DNA from: Macrostomum hystrix
Taxonomy: Eukaryota > Animalia > Platyhelminthes
Length of the DNA: 64,000 nt
Reading direction: 5' to 3'
NCBI GenBank assembly: GCA_950097015.1
Contig: CATNEN010000038.1
Location: forward strand, 3,968,001 to 4,032,000
A program made the position numbers and the translations under genes. Below the pieces are notes generated by a model, which was given only the letters and a program-made list of their open reading frames with translations, was not told the origin of the DNA and ran no database searches. Shown in pieces: positions 58,658 to 64,000 of this stretch. The first letter of the stretch is position 1. The number at the start of each line of letters is the position of its first letter.

Positions 58658-60520
58658 CGTTCCCCGAGTCTCCAGCAGCCGTTCCACCACAGCCATGCAG
58701 TAGTGCGCCCTGCCGACCAAGTCCTCCTCTTTATCGACGTCGCCGGTGGCAGGCAGCCGTCGGGCCAGCTCCAGGGCTCGCTGGCAGGCGCGGGCAGCGC
58801 TGGCGGGCCTGTCTCTGCGAGCCTCAACCTCGCCCAGGTTGCACAGGGTGGCGCACAATAGGGACTGTCGCTGAAGGTCGCCAGGTGCAGCGGGCAGCTG
58901 CTCGGCTGTCCGCAGTGCGGCTTCCAGATTCTCAACGGCTTCGTCGTGCCGGCCAAGGCGGCTGAGCAGAGCGCCGATGTCATTCAACAGGCAGGCGATA
59001 TTTTCGTGCCCACCCGGATAGGTCAGGCGAGCGGAGTCCAGGGCGGAGCGAAGGAGGTCCAGGGCTCGATTCCTAGATTCGGCGGGTGCGAAATGGAGCA
59101 GAGCCTTCGCCAGGTTGGACTGAGCCAGGCCGTGCAGTGCGCGGCTGCAGGACGGGATGAGTTTGTTACTCATAGCGATACACCCGCTCAATCATCTTCT
59201 CAACCTACTCTGTCTACCAGCTTCCCTACCTACCCTGTCTACGAGCTTCTCTACCTACCCTGTCTACCATCTTCCCTACCTACCCTGTCTACGAGCTTCC
59301 CTACCTACCCTGTCTACCAGCTTCCTAAGCCATGCGGGTTTCACTCACCGCTCCTGAAGCTCGGCCCGCAGCCGCCGCAGCCTCGCAGCTTCGGCCACAT
59401 CGCAGACAGTCTGCGGCCCCAGCTCGGTCAGCAGGTCGGCCAGTTTGAGGCTGTCCGACTCGCGCGTCTCAAAATCGGCGAGCTCGGCTGCGGCGCCTTG
59501 AGCGGCGAACTCCAGGCCCGCCAGACCGGCCTCGACGCGTCCGTTGCTTAGCAACAAGTTGCCGAGACGGACGGACGTCTCTAAGACGGCCGGATCGCGA
59601 ACGGTCAAGCCGGAGAGAAGCAGGTCCTGTTCGAATTGTTTTAATCTATTTTCTTGAGCAGTCCAACAACTGGGATTAGGAATAAACAGTGGAATTCAGG
59701 ATAAAATGTAGGATTTGGAATAAACAGTGGGATTCTGTATGAACTGTAGGATCTATGATAAATCGTGGGATTTTGGATAAACCGTGGGATTTAGGATAAA
59801 CCGTGGGATTTAGGATAAACCGTGGGATTTAGGATAAACCGTGGGATTTGGTTATCAAACGAATGTGCTCATGCAGATAGAATGGAGAAGCTCACCTGCA
59901 GCTCAGCCCGAATCAGCCGCTCGGCGGCTCTCAGCCTGCCGGTGGCAAGGCAGTCGGCGGCGACCATCGAGTGCACGCTGGCGCTGAGTCTGTGCAGCTC
60001 GGCGTCCGTCAGACGGTCCCGAGTTCGAGCCTCGGCTAGAGCTTCCCGAACTGGCGCAAGGATGGCGTCCACGTCGTCAGCGGCGGCATCGGCTCCGCTG
60101 GCCGGTCTTTGAAGTAGGCGACGGCGAGCGGCGACCAGCAGCGTGGAGACTCGGCGACGAGTCTGACGGGTGGCTTCGCTCTCGGGCGATAAGGAAGTCG
60201 CCGCTGCGGGTGACAGCCGATCGGCTGCTGAGGGCGAGTCGGCGAAGGCGACGACGGCACGAAGGCAGGAGCAATGAGCTGAGACGGAGGCCGCAGCCGG
60301 TGGAGGCTGATGATGCTCAGGCTGTCTGGAGGCCCAGCTGTTCAAGGATCAACAGGGAAACAATGCGATGACCAAGGCTGTTTTCCTCATTTTAGAATAC
60401 GTTCTGATGAATGTCTTACCAATGTGACCCATTCCAAGAGAAGACAGATGCAGCAGCAGCAGAAGCAGCAGCAGCGGCAGCAGCAACAGCAGCGGAGATC
60501 AACCGTTGGCTGCGATGCAT
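58649..60520 (-). CDS. TTC19: Tetratricopeptide repeat protein 19-like (mitochondrial complex III assembly factor), ~4 exons
   Basis: R/A/S-rich presequence-like N-terminus MHRSQRLISAAV..; AERLIRAELQ|DLLLSG..DPAVLETSVRLG..AGLAGLEF..; H.NIACLLNDIG..GRHDEA..LCNLG resembles TTC19 as recalled, not searched. Confidence 0.7.
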
Positions 60521-60565
60521 GAACTGTGCTGCTGGAATAATAATTCGGTGAAATATGTACTTTTA

Positions 60566-61163
60566 AGAATCCCACCCTATAAGATTTTAGCTAATAGGAA
60601 TCCCACCCTATAAGATTTTAGCTAATAGGAATCCTACCCTATGAGATTTTAGCTAATAGGAATCCCACCCTATAAGATTTTAGCTAATAGGAATCCTACC
60701 CTATGAGATTTTAGCTAATAGGAATCTCATCCTATGAGATTTTAGCTAATAGAAAACTCACCCTATGAGATTTTAGCTAATGGGAATCCCACCCTATGAG
60801 ATTTTAGCAATAGGAATCTCACCCTATGAGATTTTAGCAATAGGAATCCCACCCTATGAGATTTTAGCAATAGGAATCTCACCCTATGAGATTTTAGCTA
60901 ATGGGAATCCCACCCTATGAGATTTTAGCAATAGGAATCTCACCCTATGAGATTTTGGCTAATGGGAATCCCACCCTTTGAGATTTTAGCAATAGGAATC
61001 TCACCCTATGAGATTTTAGCAATAGGAATCTCACCCTATGAGATTTTAGCAATAGGAATCTCACCCTATGAGATTTTAGCAATAGGAATCTCACCCTATG
61101 AGATTTTAGCAATAGGAATCTCACCCTATGAGATTTTAGCAATAGGAATCTCACCCAATGAGA
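60566..61163. repeat. 32/33-bp minisatellite (GAATCTCACCCTATGAGATTTTAGCAATAG..)
   Basis: About 18 copies. Confidence 0.95.
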
Positions 61164-61432
61164 TCGCGACTATTATTAGGAAATTCAACTTAAAAGATTA
61201 CAACCAAATATTAGTAGCGAAGTACTTTCACCAGTCAATGTATTTTAGAAGCCTGACACAGCTCAGAATAATCTTAGCATACGAACTCAGGGAAAGAGAG
61301 CAAGTGCACAAATTCTAAATGATAAAAGCCACAAGAAATTTTCAAGACACACGGAGTAAACAGCGCAGGTAACTATTCATTATAAAAGAACTGCCGATGC
61401 CTAGTCATCTGATTAGTCGCAATCCACGCGGC

Positions 61433-63498
61433 TCAGGCCTGCTCAAGGTCGCTTCGAAAGCGGCCCACCGCCAGGGCGATCTCGCGAATCTCGGCCGGCC
61501 CGACCCGGCAGCAGCCGCCGATCCAGCGAACGCCCAGACGCAGCCAATCGTGAACCAGCTGCTCCGTGATTGGCTCCACAGCGCCGCCGAGGTCGCCCAG
61601 ATTCGGATAGGCCAGGAGGGTCCTGCCGGAGCCGCTGCTGAGCTCGGCGGCAGCTCTGGAGACATTGCGCGGCGCCACGTTGCAGTTGACGCCGAGGCCG
61701 AACAGCCGGTCTCCTCCCAGCACGGGGTCCGCGGCCGCCTCCGCCAGCGACTCGCCGCGGCAGGTGTTCACACCGTCCGGACTGGCGAACGACACCCAGG
61801 CTGGCAGGTTCGGAAACTCGCGCATCAGGCGGGCGATCGCCCGGGCTTCCAGCAGGGACGGCACCGTGTCGAAGGCCAGAAGGTCGGCGCCAGCGGCTGC
61901 CAGGGCTGACACGCGCGGCCGGTGCCAGTTGATCAGCTCCTGTGGGGCAGCGCCAAAATTGATTGCTGATGTGCGAGACAAGCACCTGCACCTGTACACG
62001 TTTTCTGCCTCTACCACCCTCTGACAGCCTCCCCCCCTCTGTCCGCCCCGCCTCCGCTCCGTCAGTCCACCCATTTGTCCGACTCCACTCCCTCAGTCCA
62101 CCCATTTGTCCGACTCCACTCCCTCAGTCCACCCCCTTTGTCCGCCTCCACTCCCTCAGTCCACCCCCTTTGTCCGCCTCCGCTCCCTCAGTCCACCCCC
62201 TTTGTCCGCCTCCGCTCCCTCAGTCCACCCCCTTTGTCCGCTTCACACTCCATCAGTCCGCCTCCCCTCCCTCTGGCTGCCTCTCCGTCTTCCGCTTCCA
62301 ATAGCACCTCTTCGGACATGCTGTCGCAGTAGACACCGGTAAACTCGGACAGGTCGCACAAGGCCGCGCCGTAGGGACCGCAGGATCCGGCGACCAAGAC
62401 TCGGCCCTCGCGGCCAGCCTCTACGACGGCCCTGCGCGCCAAGGTGACCCCGGACGACAGGGCTTCGGCCGCCAGTGAGGGCGTCATTTGATCTGGCAGA
62501 GCTGTTATGAAGCTGTCCACATTGGCCTGGTAGGTGTTGGTCTCGATTACCTCGGCGCCGGCGGCAATAAAATCGCGATGGATGGCCACGACAAGGTCCG
62601 GGTCGTCTAGAAGCAGTCGACAGCTCCATAGGCGGTGGCCCTGTTTACACATAGAAAATATTAGCAAGCTGGTGCTTTTATGCCAGTAAAAGTGAGCGTT
62701 GAACTAACTTTTATCATCCCTCTTTTGCACTCAATGTTAGGCCCGACACGATTTCAGTCTCTCCGAAGCACCCAACCTCACTCCGAGCCAAGATTTCTGT
62801 CCTCCATAGCATCCACCTCACTCCGAGCAAAGATTTCTGTCCTCCATAGCATCCACCTCACTCTGAGCAAAGATTTCTGTCCCTTCATAGCAGTCACCTC
62901 ACTCCGAGCAAATATTTTTGTCCATCCATAGCACCCACCTTACTCCCAGCCAAGATTTCTGTCCTCCATAGCATCCACCTCACTCCGAGCAAAGATTTCT
63001 GTCCCTTCATAGCACCCACCTCACTCCGAGCAAAGATTTCTGTCTCTTTATAGCATCCACCTCAATCCTAGCCAAGATTTCTGCCCCATAAGAGAACCCA
63101 CCTCACTCCCAGCCAAGATTTTCGTCCATCCATAGCACCCACCTCACTCCCAGCCAAGATTTTCGTCCATCCATAGCACCCACCTCACTCCCAGCCAAGA
63201 TTTTCGTCCATCCATAGCACCCACCTCACTCCCAGCCAAGATTTTCGTCCATCCATACCTAACACACTACCCGCCCTGATATGCGCCTCAATAAAGCGTC
63301 CACATCACCCCCAATAACACCTTCCTTCAACGTGAATACTTCCTTTATTTAGTTCTAGCCTAGATGCAGTATTTTTACTCGGCACAATGTTTCGCTTCGC
63401 AAAATACTCACTTCAATCTTCAGTTTCGATCGCTCAATAGCTTGAACACCAAAACCTCCGTCTAGAACTTTGATAGATTTCAAGTCTGATGACAGCAT
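61433..63498 (-). CDS. Homocysteine S-methyltransferase (HMT/MmuM family), exons 63412-63498, 62308-62640, 61433-61939
   Basis: VLDGGFG..LWS..HRDFIAAGAEVIETNTYQ..VAGSCGPYGA..ADLLAFDTVP..GVNC..YPN.G..IGGCC (Zn ligands); phase-0 GT-AG introns. Confidence 0.93.
62060..62240. repeat. ~32-bp intronic minisatellite (TCCACCCCCTTTGTCCGCCTCCGCTCCCTCAG)
   Basis: About 6 copies. Confidence 0.85.
62770..63255. repeat. 42/43-bp intronic minisatellite (..CACCTCACTCCGAGCAAAGATTTCTGTCCTCCATAGC..)
   Basis: About 11 copies. Confidence 0.9.
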
Positions 63499-63882
63499 GG
63501 CATTTGGCAAATCAACTGAAGGCCTGAAAGTAGCGCGAAAGACGTGGTACAGTACACACGCCTTAACCATCCAAGAACTTAACCAGGTATGAAATAATAA
63601 CCCTTAATAAGTGACAGAACATATAAATAAGTCAGGACTCAAAAACATACTTGAATTTAAATTAGTTCTATACTAAATTATAGCAAAGCAGAACCTGTTG
63701 GTTATAAAATTTCAAAGTCATTTTACTTTATTCATTTTTATTTACACATATTTAACATGTATATTGTCAAATGCAAAGGCATAATAAATACAGTCATATG
63801 TATATTTAGTGTAGAAATAATACAATTAATTAGCTGCCTCATCAAACCAGAACAAAATGCCAGCCCCGTTATTACTGGTAAG

Positions 63883-64000
63883 TCAGGCCGCGCCCGTCTG
63901 CAATGCCTCCAGTCTGGCTGCCAGGCGATTCAGCCGCCGCTTCCTCAGGACTGCCAGCAGCTGTGGCAGGCCGGCTCCGTGATAGCTGGCGGACCAGAGC
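63883..64000 (-). CDS. 3' end of an upstream gene, possibly a death-domain C-terminus (partial)
   Basis: LWSASYHGAGLPQLLAVLRKRRLNRLAARLEALQTGAA*; minus-strand AATAAA near 63727; a second open frame also exists. Confidence 0.35.
   Translation of the reverse strand, partial: LWSASYHGAGLPQLLAVLRKRRLNRLAARLEALQTGAA

Noticed and set aside
61433-63498. Bacterial contamination or recent horizontal transfer of mmuM
   Set aside because: The gene has spliceosomal introns with host-type minisatellites, and HMT-family genes are common in animals

Overview
Eukaryotic (animal) genomic DNA with GT-AG introns, so the supplied ORF track mostly shows exon fragments or repeat artefacts. The minisatellite-filled introns and the adhesive-like gene suggest a Macrostomum-like free-living flatworm, but that is inference. 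The main feature is one giant secreted-protein gene on the + strand (15528-38866, about 50 exons, roughly 5,900 aa by hand estimate). Its N-terminal two-thirds is extremely Arg/Lys- and Cys-rich. There, two small disulfide modules (CPxG[Y/F]..C and follistatin-N-like DPC..C..G..C..C) carry cargo inserted in their loops: four hemicentin/VWA7-type vWA domains on CxC-clamped stalks, a SUEL lectin between two helices, and a protamine-like 11-aa repeat. The C-terminal part is ShK-vWD-C8-TIL-vWA-EGF(Ca)n-vWA-FN2, resembling flatworm adhesive/cohesive proteins. Other genes: a candidate neuropeptide precursor (..EPPGIW-RRRR), a 5-exon polyQ hypothetical gene, a catalytically dead plus an active trypsin-like protease, a neprilysin pseudogene, and a minus-strand cluster (death-domain-like 3' end, homocysteine S-methyltransferase, TTC19, NCKX/SLC24). 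Mobile DNA: three Crypton-type tyrosine-recombinase relics, two SINE families, several MITEs (one a 65-bp perfect-hairpin element nested in another MITE), and about 20 tandem arrays. All exon models and family assignments are by eye, without database searches.
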